Under the pieces are notes generated by a model. That model saw only the letters and a program-made list of their open reading frames with translations, was not told the origin of the DNA and made no database searches. From Nitrosopumilus sp. (GTDB lineage: Archaea > Thermoproteota > Nitrososphaeria > Nitrososphaerales > Nitrosopumilaceae): a DNA stretch of 64,000 nt. Positions 48,544-59,301 of the stretch are shown in pieces (positions within the stretch are counted from its first letter, which is position 1; the number at the start of each line of letters is the position of its first letter). The DNA lies in contig OZ244650.1 of NCBI GenBank assembly GCA_965218785.1, positions 352,001 to 416,000 of the forward strand, in the 5' to 3' direction. The position numbers and the translations under genes are program-made.

Positions 48544-49842
48544 ATGTCAGTTATTGCACCCCAGTTCAAACTAAGTGAATTCATAAAGTCACTGCTCGAT
48601 AACGTGTTCTGGATTTTACTGATAGTCGTTCTGGCCGGCCTTCCGGCAATCATGATGATTCTGTTTGTAATTGAACTGCCTGTAATTGACGGCGAGCTGC
48701 TTACGCCGTTTCTTGCATTTTCTTGGCTGGTAGATCCCACGCGTACGCTTCCCATCATCCATGCATTCATGGCAACTGACATGTTCAGAATAATGGCATT
48801 TCCCGGGTTTGGATTTGCGGCATTGCTTGCTGCTGGAACGATTTTTGTTGAAAGAAAGATGCTGGCAAAATTACAGCTGCGTGTAGGTCCATTTTACTGT
48901 GGAAAAATTGAGGGAATTTTACAGTTAATGGGCGATGGACTAAAACTAATTTCCAAAGAAATTATCATTCCTGCAAAAGCCGATAAACCGCTTTTCTGGG
49001 CGGCGCCTGTCTTGTTTGTAGCTACGGCAGCTGCGTTTGTTGCATTAATTCCTGTTGCACCTGGCTGGGTGGTTGCAGATATTGATATTGGACTAATTGG
49101 GGTCTTTGCAGTGATTGGATTCTTTCCAATCATTACCATTCTTTCTGCATGGTCTGCAAACAGCAAGTATCCGTTTATCGGCGGCATCAGGGCACTGTTC
49201 CAGATGGTTTCATTTGAAATCCCACTGATACTGTCTCTGTTAGGCGTTGTCATGCTGACTGGAACCCTGAATCTGTCTGAGATTGTGGAGAGTCAGTCCA
49301 GTTTCCCATGGATCATATTTCTGCCAATTGGCGCCATTGTGTTCTTCATTACGATGCTCGCAGAGCTGGAAAGAATTCCATTTGACCTGCCAGAGGCCGA
49401 AAGTGAAATCGTGGCAGGCTGGCTGACGGAATTTTCTGGAATGATGTACGGGCTTGTTCAACTGGGAACTTATCTGAAACTTTATGCGTTCGCTGCCCTG
49501 TTTGTCGTCTTGTTTCTTGGCGGATGGCACGGTCCGATGGTGGTGCCTCCGTTCCCGGCTGAAATTCTTACCGAGGGAATTGCGATGGGCCCGGTTACTG
49601 CAAAGATTCCCGGACTGCCGCTGTTCACACAGGAGATGCTCAACGGCACATTTTGGTTTGTTCTAAAAACTGTCGGGGTAATCTTCTTTATTCTCCTGCC
49701 AAGGGGCGTCTTCCCCAGAATTAGAGTTGATCTTTTGCTGAATCTTGGCTGGACCAAGCTTATCGGACTGTGCTTCGTTAACATCTTTATTGCTCTAGGT
49801 CTGTTGTATGCTGGAGTGCTGGGACCAGGAGGACTACAATAA
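48544..49842 (+). CDS. nuoH: NADH-quinone oxidoreductase subunit H
   Basis: ERK..Q.RVGP, DGLKL..KE, PFDLPEAESE. Confidence 0.95.
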   Translation: MSVIAPQFKLSEFIKSLLDNVFWILLIVVLAGLPAIMMILFVIELPVIDGELLTPFLAFSWLVDPTRTLPIIHAFMATDMFRIMAFPGFGFAALLAAGTIFVERKMLAKLQLRVGPFYCGKIEGILQLMGDGLKLISKEIIIPAKADKPLFWAAPVLFVATAAAFVALIPVAPGWVVADIDIGLIGVFAVIGFFPIITILSAWSANSKYPFIGGIRALFQMVSFEIPLILSLLGVVMLTGTLNLSEIVESQSSFPWIIFLPIGAIVFFITMLAELERIPFDLPEAESEIVAGWLTEFSGMMYGLVQLGTYLKLYAFAALFVVLFLGGWHGPMVVPPFPAEILTEGIAMGPVTAKIPGLPLFTQEMLNGTFWFVLKTVGVIFFILLPRGVFPRIRVDLLLNLGWTKLIGLCFVNIFIALGLLYAGVLGPGGLQ

Positions 49843-50339
49843 TGGGAACTGCTACAGGTATTATCCGTGCGTTAAATTCCGGAATCAAACACCTTGCAGT
49901 AAAGCGGTTTACACTCCGTTATCCGGAGGAGAAACTAAAGTTCGTAGGAGACGGGTATCAGTTTGATCCTTCGACTGGCGTGGGAATTGCCGGGCTAAAG
50001 GGCCGTCATATGCTGTTCCATGATCACTGCACCGGCTGCCAGCTATGTTCTATTGCCTGTGAGGGGGTTGCCGAGGCAATTGCAATGGTAAAGGTTCCCG
50101 AAGAACACAAACAAAACAAGAAAGCAATCATGCCACAGATCGATTACGGCAAGTGTGTTTTCTGCGGTCTTTGTGTTGATGCATGTCCGTTTTATGCGCT
50201 TTACATGACTAATGATTATGAGCTGTCATCGTTTTCCAAAGAGGGGCTGATCTACACTCCTGCACAGCTCCAGGTCAAGCCATATGTCTCACAAGACAGT
50301 GAAATCCAGATAACTGACAGAGGTGCATCACATGGCTGA
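49842..50339 (+). CDS. nuoI: NADH-quinone oxidoreductase subunit I
   Basis: Two CxxCxxCxxxC ferredoxin motifs. Confidence 0.95.
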   Translation: MGTATGIIRALNSGIKHLAVKRFTLRYPEEKLKFVGDGYQFDPSTGVGIAGLKGRHMLFHDHCTGCQLCSIACEGVAEAIAMVKVPEEHKQNKKAIMPQIDYGKCVFCGLCVDACPFYALYMTNDYELSSFSKEGLIYTPAQLQVKPYVSQDSEIQITDRGASHG

Positions 50340-50844
50340 TGCTGCGTTTCTTGCATTAACTGTAATTACAATCGGTTCTGCAATCGCCGCACTAGAGATG
50401 AGATCATTAATTTATGGCTCGATTGCGTTAATGGGAACCCTTGGCGGCATTGCCGGATTCTTCCTGCTCCTTGATGCGCCGTTTGTTGCGTTGTTCCAGC
50501 TTGCAGTCTATGTCGGCTCCATTGCCGTTCTGATTCTGTTTACAGTCATGCTGGTAAAGCGGGAATTCATCTTTAAAAAAATCGAGGACAAGAGAAGAAA
50601 GTTTGCAGGAATCGGATTGATGCTTATAGTGATGGTATCCCTGGGTGCCGTGTTTCTGGATTCCGGAATCAAGACAATAACCACTGACGAACCCCCAGTT
50701 GACTTTAGGGATATCGGTGTTAACTTTGTAACTTACTACTGGCCTGCGTTAATTCTGATGGCGTTAATTCTTGCAGGCTCTGTAACTGGTGCGCTGGTTT
50801 TAGCCAAGCGGGAGGATGTGGAGAATGACCAACGAACTAGTTGA
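50332..50844 (+). CDS. nuoJ: NADH-quinone oxidoreductase subunit J
   Basis: QLAVYVGSIAVLILF. Confidence 0.92.
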   Translation: MADAAFLALTVITIGSAIAALEMRSLIYGSIALMGTLGGIAGFFLLLDAPFVALFQLAVYVGSIAVLILFTVMLVKREFIFKKIEDKRRKFAGIGLMLIVMVSLGAVFLDSGIKTITTDEPPVDFRDIGVNFVTYYWPALILMALILAGSVTGALVLAKREDVENDQRTS

Positions 50845-51130
50845 CTTTACACTTGTATCTGTTGCCCTGCTGGGAATAGGAATTTACGGCCTTGCCGTAA
50901 AGCGTAATTTTATTCGGATGCTGTTTGCAATTGAAATTATCATCAATGCCGCAAATCTTAACCTTGTCGCATTTGGCAGATTCATACCACACAGCGGCGG
51001 TCAGACCCTGGCATTATTCTCAATTGCAATAGCCGCAGCTGAGGTTGCAGTGGGGCTCTCGTTAATTATTGTGGCTTATCGCATGTATCAAAATGTCGAT
51101 ATCGCAGACTTTAGGAGCCTGAAGGGATAA
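50825..51130 (+). CDS. nuoK: NADH-quinone oxidoreductase subunit K
   Basis: IEIIINAANLN, IAAAEVAVGL. Confidence 0.93.
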   Translation: MTNELVDFTLVSVALLGIGIYGLAVKRNFIRMLFAIEIIINAANLNLVAFGRFIPHSGGQTLALFSIAIAAAEVAVGLSLIIVAYRMYQNVDIADFRSLKG

Positions 51131-52683
51131 TGGAATATGCGTTATTACAGGCAATCTTCTTGCCTCTCTTACTATCTCCGGTAGCCTACATTATTGGAAG
51201 AAGGGCTGGTCCCACGCCTGCAATGTGGTTTACGTTTGCAGTTTTGCTCTACACCACGGTTCTTGTAATTACCGCCGCACTATCTGGAACCGTCGAAGAA
51301 CATTATCCGTGGACAGAACTCTTCGGCGAGTTTGGCTTCCTGCTTGACGGTCTGTCATCGCCGTTTGCCATAATCATCTATGTGTTATCGACAATTCTGG
51401 CACTTTACTCAAAACCATACATGATTCACAAGTTCCACGAGCAGTTCAAAGAAGAGCAACAGATCACCGCATCTGCGGGCGGGCAGACCTCGGTAGTTGA
51501 GACGACATCTCTTTCGAATTATGTTAATGCAAAGTCCGGGCTCTACTTTGCACTCTATCTGGTCTTTGCAATGGGGATGCTCGGTACGGTTCTTGCAACA
51601 AACCTGATTGAATTTTACCTGTTCTTTGAATTCATGCTGATTCCCGGTTTCTTCCTGGTCGCACTATGGGGTGACGGTCCGAGAAGAAAGATCGGACTGA
51701 TGTTCCTGTTCTGGACGCATGCCGGTGCAGTAGTCTTGCTGCTGGGATTCCTGATGATCGGTCTTACCATTGGAAGTTTTGATTTTGCAGACATCCGGGA
51801 ATCTGAGATCCCGCAGGATATAGCAATGTTTTCTGCTGTTGCAATTGCAATAGGACTCGGCGTCAAGCTGGCAGTCTTTATGTTTCATATCTGGCTGCCA
51901 TATGTCCACGGTTCTGCACCCACACCAATCAGCGCATTGCTGTCTCCTGCCATGATCGGAATCGGCGCCTATGGCATCTTCAGACTGATTGTAGAGTTTC
52001 TGCCCTCGACATTTGCCGACCTTGCAATATGGTTCCACATCTGGGGTCTTGTCACAATGATTTATGGCGGGGCGATGGCACTGATGCAAGATGATCTAAA
52101 GCGTCTTCTTGCATATTCTAGCATCAGCCAGATGGGCTACCTCCTGTTTGGCATCGGCTCGATATCTGTACTGGGACTTGCAGGTGCGGAGATGATGTAT
52201 GTGACTCACGCACTTGGAAAAGGCATTCTCTTTATGATGGCCGGAATCATCATCGTCAAGGTTGGAACCCGCAGCATCTCCAAACTTGGCGGATTGGCAG
52301 GAAGGATGCCAATTACTGCAGTATGTGCGGTAATAGGTGCATTGACCATCATGGGAATTCCGCCAACTAGCGGCTTTATGGGTGAATGGCTTTTATTTTA
52401 TGGCGCATTAGAGACTGCAATTAATGAGGGCTCCACACTTAGGGCAGTAACATTTGGTCTGGGTCTTGTTGCCACCGTCCTTACAATGTCTTACATGCTT
52501 TGGATGCTAAAACGCATATTCTTTGGAAAAATCCCAGAACACCTTGAAAAAGTCAAGGAGGCAGGCTGGTACATGACTGCACCGATGATGGTGCTGGCAG
52601 GTTTTACCGTAATACTGGGAATTTATCCGGACATCTTCCTAAAGACGATAATTCCGTACATGAATGGAGTGCTGGGAGTCTAG
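51130..52683 (+). CDS. nuoM: NADH-quinone oxidoreductase subunit M
   Basis: HIWLPYVH..APTP, DLKRLLAYSSISQMG, FMGE. Confidence 0.92.
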   Translation: MEYALLQAIFLPLLLSPVAYIIGRRAGPTPAMWFTFAVLLYTTVLVITAALSGTVEEHYPWTELFGEFGFLLDGLSSPFAIIIYVLSTILALYSKPYMIHKFHEQFKEEQQITASAGGQTSVVETTSLSNYVNAKSGLYFALYLVFAMGMLGTVLATNLIEFYLFFEFMLIPGFFLVALWGDGPRRKIGLMFLFWTHAGAVVLLLGFLMIGLTIGSFDFADIRESEIPQDIAMFSAVAIAIGLGVKLAVFMFHIWLPYVHGSAPTPISALLSPAMIGIGAYGIFRLIVEFLPSTFADLAIWFHIWGLVTMIYGGAMALMQDDLKRLLAYSSISQMGYLLFGIGSISVLGLAGAEMMYVTHALGKGILFMMAGIIIVKVGTRSISKLGGLAGRMPITAVCAVIGALTIMGIPPTSGFMGEWLLFYGALETAINEGSTLRAVTFGLGLVATVLTMSYMLWMLKRIFFGKIPEHLEKVKEAGWYMTAPMMVLAGFTVILGIYPDIFLKTIIPYMNGVLGV

Positions 52684-52684
52684 C

Positions 52685-54763
52685 ATGGCAACAGAATCAC
52701 TCGGCCTGCCATTTGAACCAAGCACTCTTGGTGCATGGCTTGTCTGGATCCTTCCATTTGCCGCCGCGTTAATCATACCCGGAGTTGGAAGACTCTCAAA
52801 GCACGTCACCGGATATGTCGCAGTAGGATTTGCCCTGATGAGTGCGTTGTCTGCCGCATCACTGCTTCCTGCGGCCTTGGAGGCACACGAACTGCACCAT
52901 CAGATTATGTGGATTGAATCGATTGGTCTAAAGGCCGGCGTGTTGGCCGATCCGCTCTCCATAATCATGGCAAATGTCGTTGGATGGATTTCATTTCTGA
53001 TTATGATTTACAGCACGGGATACATGAAGGGTGATAAGAACATTGTCCGGTTCTGGTTCTGGATGCTGTTCTTTATTGGCTCCATGCAGTTAATCGTACT
53101 CTCTGACAACCTGCTTCAGGTATTCTTCGGATGGGAGGGCGTGGGACTGGCATCATACGCACTGATCAGCTTTTGGTATCGTGATAAAAAGAAGGATCAC
53201 GTCGGTACTGAAGGAAGAACGGTTCTTGGCATGCTGGATTACTATTCCCCGACACATGCCGGCATGAAGGCGTTTATCATGACCAAAGTCGGCGATGTGA
53301 TGATGCTTGCGGGAATGTTTCTGATATTTGTCTTTGCAGGCACCTTTGGTTTCAAGGAACTAATCGGGGATACTGAATGGGCCACTGCAATGTCTGCCCA
53401 GGGCCTCCTGGTTCCCGCATTTGTCTTACTCTTTGGCGGTGCCATGGGAAAATCCGCCCAGTTCCCGCTAAACGAATGGCTCCTAGAGGCGATGACTGGC
53501 CCTACTGCCGTCTCTGCATTGATTCACGCGGCAACCATGGTAAAGGCAGGCGTGTTCCTGGTTGCAAGAATCGGTCCCCTTGTTTTTGCACTGGCCGCTG
53601 CGGGAATTCTGGCAGATCAATTCTTTGAGATTATTGCCTGGGTTGGTGCAATTACTGCACTACTACTAGCTACGCAGGGGATGGTTAATGGTGAAATTAA
53701 GAAGGTTCTTGCCTATTCTACGGGCTCTCAAATCGGCTATATGATGATGGCACTAGGCGTTGCAGGACTGTCCCATCAGTACGTTGATGGCTATACTGCG
53801 GGATTTTACCATCTAATCTCCCATGCAATGTTCAAGGCCTCCCTGTTTATGGCAGCAGGCTCTTTGCTGCATGTTGTCGGCTCACGATTCATGGCAGACA
53901 TGGGCGGTCTGAGAAAACACATGAAGAAAACATATGTATTCATGTGGGCAGCAGGTCTTGGTCTGATGGGTGCGCCGTTTATCACGACAGGTTTCTGGAG
54001 TAAGGATGCTATATTTGCGGCAGTTTACGAGTCTGGAAATGAATGGGCGCTGCCATTGTACATCATTGCCGTCCTGACTGCGGTGATCACTGCATTTTAC
54101 ACTACAAGGATGATTGGAATGGTCTTCTTTGGAAAGAAGAGCAAGCACATTGAAAGGATGGAGGAACAGGGACACCCCATCCATGAGGCACCACTATCCA
54201 TGTGGGTCCCATATGGAATTCTTGCGGTTCTGACCATTGGAATCGGCCTGATCGGATTATCCGCCGAGGAAGGACTGCACCACCTGTTTACTGAATATCT
54301 TGAGGAATCATTTGGTATTCACACCGCACATCTTGCAACAGAGGCCTCGATCCTGCCGGAGTTCCTGCAGGGGCTCAACCCCGTCGCACTAGGCTCGTCA
54401 TTGGCAGCCTTTGCAATAGGAATAGGACTGGGCTATATCTTTTATATCGGCAGATGGGTTGATCCCGTAAGATTTGTAAATTCCAACATCTTCTTTTATG
54501 CGATTCACAAGGTTCTCCTAAACAGATGGTATCTTAATGCAATAATTTATTGGTGTTTTGTCACTACACCATTATGGCTGGCAAGAGGCGTGTTTAGATA
54601 CTTTGAAAAGACGGCAATTGATTACGGTATGAACAGCGGACTACAAAAAGCAGTCGTATGGAGTGCCAAAGTAGTACAGGGAACCCAGACTGGCGTCTCA
54701 CAATCATACCTATTCGTATTTGGAGCGGGATTACTATTCGTAGTCCTGATGTTGTTGATATAG
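52685..54763 (+). CDS. nuoL: NADH-quinone oxidoreductase subunit L
   Basis: GKSAQFPL..WL.EAM.GPT.VSALIHAATMV, FWSKDAI. Confidence 0.94.
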   Translation: MATESLGLPFEPSTLGAWLVWILPFAAALIIPGVGRLSKHVTGYVAVGFALMSALSAASLLPAALEAHELHHQIMWIESIGLKAGVLADPLSIIMANVVGWISFLIMIYSTGYMKGDKNIVRFWFWMLFFIGSMQLIVLSDNLLQVFFGWEGVGLASYALISFWYRDKKKDHVGTEGRTVLGMLDYYSPTHAGMKAFIMTKVGDVMMLAGMFLIFVFAGTFGFKELIGDTEWATAMSAQGLLVPAFVLLFGGAMGKSAQFPLNEWLLEAMTGPTAVSALIHAATMVKAGVFLVARIGPLVFALAAAGILADQFFEIIAWVGAITALLLATQGMVNGEIKKVLAYSTGSQIGYMMMALGVAGLSHQYVDGYTAGFYHLISHAMFKASLFMAAGSLLHVVGSRFMADMGGLRKHMKKTYVFMWAAGLGLMGAPFITTGFWSKDAIFAAVYESGNEWALPLYIIAVLTAVITAFYTTRMIGMVFFGKKSKHIERMEEQGHPIHEAPLSMWVPYGILAVLTIGIGLIGLSAEEGLHHLFTEYLEESFGIHTAHLATEASILPEFLQGLNPVALGSSLAAFAIGIGLGYIFYIGRWVDPVRFVNSNIFFYAIHKVLLNRWYLNAIIYWCFVTTPLWLARGVFRYFEKTAIDYGMNSGLQKAVVWSAKVVQGTQTGVSQSYLFVFGAGLLFVVLMLLI

Positions 54764-54775
54764 GAGATATGTGAG

Positions 54776-56260
54776 ATGTTAGATATTACTTCCACTCCGT
54801 TGGTATTAATTGCAATCCTGGGAACCGTGGGAATCGTTCTTCCGATAATCAGTATTGCAAGAAAGGAAAAAGGCTCCAACTCGTTTTATGCAGTAATTGC
54901 ATTTGCGGCGTTAATCGCATCCATGGGATATGTTGGCTACCAATTCATCAATGATAACGTTGCAGCGTCTGCCCTCTTCTCTGAAGACGTTCTAGTTGAC
55001 GATGCGTTTGGCGGATTCTTTGCAATAGCGATGCTAATTGTCGCCTTGTTCACCACCGTTGGTTCTTTTAATTACATGAGAAAACACAATTCTCCTGCGG
55101 TCTACTATTCCCTAATTCTGCTTGCAACAATCGGCATGGTACTAGTCGCATATTCTACTGACTTGGTAATGCTGTTTGTTGCATGGGAACTCATGAGTAT
55201 TCCAACATACATCTTGGTTGGATTTATGAAAAAGAATCCAAGCTCCAATGAGGCTGCCCTAAAGTACTTTTTGTTTGGCGCAATGTCTTCTGCCATAATT
55301 GTTTACGGAATTTCAATCTCATATGGACTGACTGGTTCTACAAACATAGGACAAGTCATCGAGGCCTACTCGGTACTAGATCCGTCATTACTGCCGCTTG
55401 CACTACTTTCAGTTGGGATGTTTATCGCCGGATTTGGATTCAAAATGGGGCTTGTACCATTCCATCAGTGGCTTCCTGATACCTATGAGGGGGCGCCATC
55501 TCCAATCACGGCCCTTCTTGCCGCAGCAACCAAAAAGGCGGGATTTGCCGCGACAATTAGGATTGTAATTCTTGGAATGGTCGTTTTAAATCTTGACTGG
55601 ACACTGGCACTTGGAATTCTTGCCGTGATGACGATGACTGTTGGCAACGTCGCTGCAATCATGCAAAAGAACCTCTCTAGGATGCTGGCATACTCTAGTA
55701 TTGCACATGCGGGATACATTCTCATTGGACTTGCAGTCGCCCCCTACAGCTCACTTGGCCTGCAGGGCTCGTTATATCAGATTCTAAATCATGCGGTAAT
55801 GAAGGGTGCGGCCTTTATTGCAATTGCAGGACTAGTCACCACTCTTGCCGTAACTAATATTGACAAGCTAAGCGGACTGGGAAGGAAGATGCCCATTACC
55901 GCGCTAGGCATGGTCATCTCATTGTTTGCACTTGCCGGTATTCCGCCACTTGCAGGCTTTTGGAGCAAACTGATGCTCTTTGGCAGCGCATTGGATGCGA
56001 CTCCTGCATTATGGTGGGCGCCATGGCTTGCAGTTGCCGGCGTACTTAACAGTGCCCTGTCGCTTGCCTACTACGGCTGGATAACAAGAAAGATGTACTT
56101 TGAGGGGGAAAAGGAAAAGAGAATTGCAGAACCAAAATCAGTCGTCGCCATTATGATTACCTCGACACTCTTTCTGGTAGGATTTGGCATATACCCCGAA
56201 CCGATTCTTCAACTAGTAGAGATGGCAGCACCAGTTATCAGTTTGGATATTATACCTTAA
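54776..56260 (+). CDS. nuoN: NADH-quinone oxidoreductase subunit N
   Basis: EAALKYF, PFHQWLPDTYEGAP, RMLAYSSIAHAGY. Confidence 0.94.
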   Translation: MLDITSTPLVLIAILGTVGIVLPIISIARKEKGSNSFYAVIAFAALIASMGYVGYQFINDNVAASALFSEDVLVDDAFGGFFAIAMLIVALFTTVGSFNYMRKHNSPAVYYSLILLATIGMVLVAYSTDLVMLFVAWELMSIPTYILVGFMKKNPSSNEAALKYFLFGAMSSAIIVYGISISYGLTGSTNIGQVIEAYSVLDPSLLPLALLSVGMFIAGFGFKMGLVPFHQWLPDTYEGAPSPITALLAAATKKAGFAATIRIVILGMVVLNLDWTLALGILAVMTMTVGNVAAIMQKNLSRMLAYSSIAHAGYILIGLAVAPYSSLGLQGSLYQILNHAVMKGAAFIAIAGLVTTLAVTNIDKLSGLGRKMPITALGMVISLFALAGIPPLAGFWSKLMLFGSALDATPALWWAPWLAVAGVLNSALSLAYYGWITRKMYFEGEKEKRIAEPKSVVAIMITSTLFLVGFGIYPEPILQLVEMAAPVISLDIIP

Positions 56261-57128
56261 ACGAGGTAAAATTAATCAGGTTATCCAATCTTGTCTTTGA
56301 ATCGCAATCTGGAATTTTTCTCAGACCGATTCTGGCTTTTTCGGAATATTCTTTTAGCAGTTCCTCCATCTTGTTAAAAACGTCCCTTGGATCCGAACTT
56401 TTCTTGATCAACATGTTAAACAGCTTGTCCTCATTTTTCCAATCCAGCAAATCATCTCTGATCTGATATGCAATTCCAATATTTTTGCCGTATACTGTCA
56501 GTGCTTCGATCTGTTCTTCGGTTCCGTTTGCAATGATTGCACCCGTCCTGGCTGCGACTTCAAATGCCGTTGCAGTCTTGTATTCAATTACCTTGAGATA
56601 GTCATCAAATGTAACATCCTCATTTGCCTCCAGCCTGCTTTCAATCATCTCTCCCTCGCTCATCAGCATTGCAGTAGTGGCCAGATCTTTTGTAATTCTG
56701 GCATTGTCCAACCTGGAAGATATTGCAAGAATTAATCCCAAGACAAAGTCACCTGTGAGAACGCTGGTGTTGTATCCGTACTTTATGTGAAACGGATCCT
56801 TTTGTCTTCGCATGGTTTCGTTATCGATAATATCATCATGGATGATTGACTCCATATGCAGAAATTCCACGGCACAGGATGCCGCAAGTGTATTCTCATC
56901 AATCTCCCCCACACTCTCTGCTGCCAGAGTCAGGATAATGGGCCTGATTCGCTTTCCACCATCTAGGGAATACTTTAGCGGCTCTATGAACTCTGAATCG
57001 GAGTAAATATCCAGTTCCCTCTCTAGGGCCTGATCTATCTTTTTAATATACATGCCATAGGTTTCAAGCAGGGGATTAATCTCAATATTTTTCCTATCCA
57101 AGATAATCTGATCAAAAAGCTTTGCCAT
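56250..57128 (-). CDS. Polyprenyl synthetase (GGPP synthase family)
   Basis: GGKRIRP, HDDIID, KTA, YQIRDDLLD. Confidence 0.93.
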   Translation of the reverse strand: MAKLFDQIILDRKNIEINPLLETYGMYIKKIDQALERELDIYSDSEFIEPLKYSLDGGKRIRPIILTLAAESVGEIDENTLAASCAVEFLHMESIIHDDIIDNETMRRQKDPFHIKYGYNTSVLTGDFVLGLILAISSRLDNARITKDLATTAMLMSEGEMIESRLEANEDVTFDDYLKVIEYKTATAFEVAARTGAIIANGTEEQIEALTVYGKNIGIAYQIRDDLLDWKNEDKLFNMLIKKSSDPRDVFNKMEELLKEYSEKARIGLRKIPDCDSKTRLDNLINFTSFKV

Positions 57129-57142
57129 TACTAATTAAATCT

Positions 57143-57236
57143 TGGTGCTCCAGCCGGGACTTTCATCTGTTGATTTTGAACCCGGGATCACTGCCTTGAA
57201 AGGGCAGTATGCTTGACCGGTCTACACCACTGGAAC
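57143..57236 (-). tRNA. tRNA-Glu(UUC) with 15-nt non-canonical intron in the T loop; CCA encoded
   Basis: Acceptor GTTCCAG/CTGGAGC, anticodon arm CTGCC-CTTTCAA-GGCAG, BHB motif around intron 57160-57174. Confidence 0.92.
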
Positions 57237-57316
57237 CCAAGAAAATTCAGTATCCTGACCATAAAATCTTTTGTAAACCGCAAAGATTTTTTTACTGGCA
57301 AATTTGGAGATGAAAC

Positions 57317-57949
57317 ATGAATATCGTGAAAAGAATCGATGAAATGATTGAAGAAAAAAGTCTACTAAAGCACCCATTTTACCAGATGTGGTCTGATGGA
57401 AAATTGACACGGGGGTCTCTGGCAGGCTATTCTAAGGAATATTTTCAGCTTGTAAAGGCAGTTCCGTCCTTTATGACTATAATTATTGAACAGGCTCCAA
57501 ACTGGGCAGTAAATGAGCTGGTTGCAAACCAGCAGGAGGAATCTGCCCATATCTCACCGTGGATCAGCTTTGCAGGGGAACTTGGTATAACCGGGGAGGA
57601 ACTTGGCTCTTATTCCGGGCTGCCCAAAACCCGCAGGGCCGTATCTGATTTGAATGAATTGATGGGCACCTTTGAGGGCGGGGCGTGTGCCATGTATGCC
57701 TTTGAAAAAGAGATTCCCAAAATCAGTCAGACAAAGCTTGATGGTCTTGCAGAATTTTATGGAATGACCAATAACGGGGCCACGGAATACTTTAAACTTC
57801 ATACTGAGGCAGACATCAGACATGCTGCGTCATGGAGGGGCATTTTAGATGCCACTTTGACTGATTCGGAGAGCCTGCTTGAGATTGCAGATAAATCCAT
57901 CTTGGCGCAAAACCTGCTGCTTGATAGCTGTTATGAAGAATATTGCTAG
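57317..57949 (+). CDS. TenA/PqqC/CADD-family heme-oxygenase-like protein
   Basis: LLKHPFYQMW, EE..H, YAFE, YFKLH.EAD..H. Confidence 0.85.
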   Translation: MNIVKRIDEMIEEKSLLKHPFYQMWSDGKLTRGSLAGYSKEYFQLVKAVPSFMTIIIEQAPNWAVNELVANQQEESAHISPWISFAGELGITGEELGSYSGLPKTRRAVSDLNELMGTFEGGACAMYAFEKEIPKISQTKLDGLAEFYGMTNNGATEYFKLHTEADIRHAASWRGILDATLTDSESLLEIADKSILAQNLLLDSCYEEYC

Positions 57950-57990
57950 TCTCATAACATTTTATACCCAAGTAAGAATTCATCTGCTTG

Positions 57991-58064
57991 GGGCCCGTAA
58001 CTCAGCTTGGTAGAGTAACCGGCTCATAACCGGTGAGCCAAGGGATCGAAGCCCTTCGGGCCCA
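57991..58064 (+). tRNA. tRNA with CAU anticodon (probably tRNA-Ile2, otherwise Met)
   Basis: GGGCCCG/CGGGCCC-A acceptor, ACCGG-CTCATAA-CCGGT anticodon arm. Confidence 0.9.
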
Positions 58065-58184
58065 TTACCCACATGCACATTGCCGGTCTGAAAACTGAAA
58101 AGTCCGGCAAAAAAACCTCTGCAAGGCAGTTACAAAACCATGAGACATCGTAGACATAAATAGATACTATACTTGGGAGAGAAA

Positions 58185-58790
58185 ATGAACAAACAAAAAT
58201 TAATAATAATCGGCGTTTTAATTGCAACTGCTATTTCAATAGCTTCTGTAGCTTCATTTGATATTCCAAGTGAAGACTATGTTTATACGCAATCTGATAT
58301 CACAAAAGCTAATCCAAAACTAATGGTATCTTCTGGTCTATACACCATGTTGGATAATATTAAACAAACTAAAAACACTATTCTCTTAACTGTTTCAGGA
58401 ACCGTGTTATCAGTTGGGGATCCAATAAATTGGTACTATCAAGGAGATACTTATGGCTCTGTTCCAGTTACTATAGAAATTGATAAAAAAACCAAAGATA
58501 TGGAGACCAAACTCCAATTAAAAAAAGGCGATGAATTCACGTTTTACCTGGGCGGTTTTTACCAAGGTGATCAGCATTTTATCCACGGTTATGAACCTCA
58601 ATTTGAATTAGGAGAAAAGACAATTATTCATGTTGGTAAATCTGATCAAGGGCCTGTTGGTCCTGATGGTGATAACTACTTTGTCGAACTAGGCGAGTTT
58701 GGCAAGTACAAGGTTGTTGGAGACAAAGCATACAATGAAAAATACCCCGATGGCAAATCATTAGATAAAGCATTTAATGAGGCCAAATAA
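58185..58790 (+). CDS. Secreted/membrane-anchored hypothetical protein
   Basis: N-terminal MNKQKLIIIGVLIATAISIASVA signal; beta-rich body. Confidence 0.75.
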   Translation: MNKQKLIIIGVLIATAISIASVASFDIPSEDYVYTQSDITKANPKLMVSSGLYTMLDNIKQTKNTILLTVSGTVLSVGDPINWYYQGDTYGSVPVTIEIDKKTKDMETKLQLKKGDEFTFYLGGFYQGDQHFIHGYEPQFELGEKTIIHVGKSDQGPVGPDGDNYFVELGEFGKYKVVGDKAYNEKYPDGKSLDKAFNEAK

Positions 58791-59301
58791 CCCGGCTGGT
58801 AATTGCAAGAAAGATGTGCAACAGTCTGTAGCTGCCGGCGGAATGAGGATGTTTGGGATACTGCAGGTTCCAAGGAAAAAAGCAAACAAAATCATTAGGA
58901 CAAAAAAGAGAGAATCTATAGCAAAGCACAAGTTTGTGAATCATTCAGGATATTCCAATTTTATTATTCATATTTACCTTGGATAAACCCACCAATCTCT
59001 AATTTTTTGATGATTTTTAGTTCATGAACTTTCCTTTCGCTATGACATGGAAATCGACATGCACAGAAAATTCTTCAAGTCGAGGTATGGGCAACAACGG
59101 CAATGTCTTGTTTAATGAAGGGATTTAAAACACACATGCTGCCTTGCCGATTTTACAGATGTAGATTGTCATGATCAAATTGTAACTGACGCCTTTCTAA
59201 TTTTTCTGAATATTATATTCTTAATTCAGTTAAACTAGTGATGTTTTGTTTGACAAACTCACCGTGCTTGAATTTGATTCATATCAGTATCTTTTCTTTA
59301 C

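Noticed and set aside
45774-56260. Complex I lacking nuoEFG and with nuoM before nuoL
   Set aside because: Established arrangement for ammonia-oxidising archaea; not novel
57317-57949. PQQ biosynthesis
   Set aside because: A lone PqqC/CADD-like gene with no other pqq genes nearby
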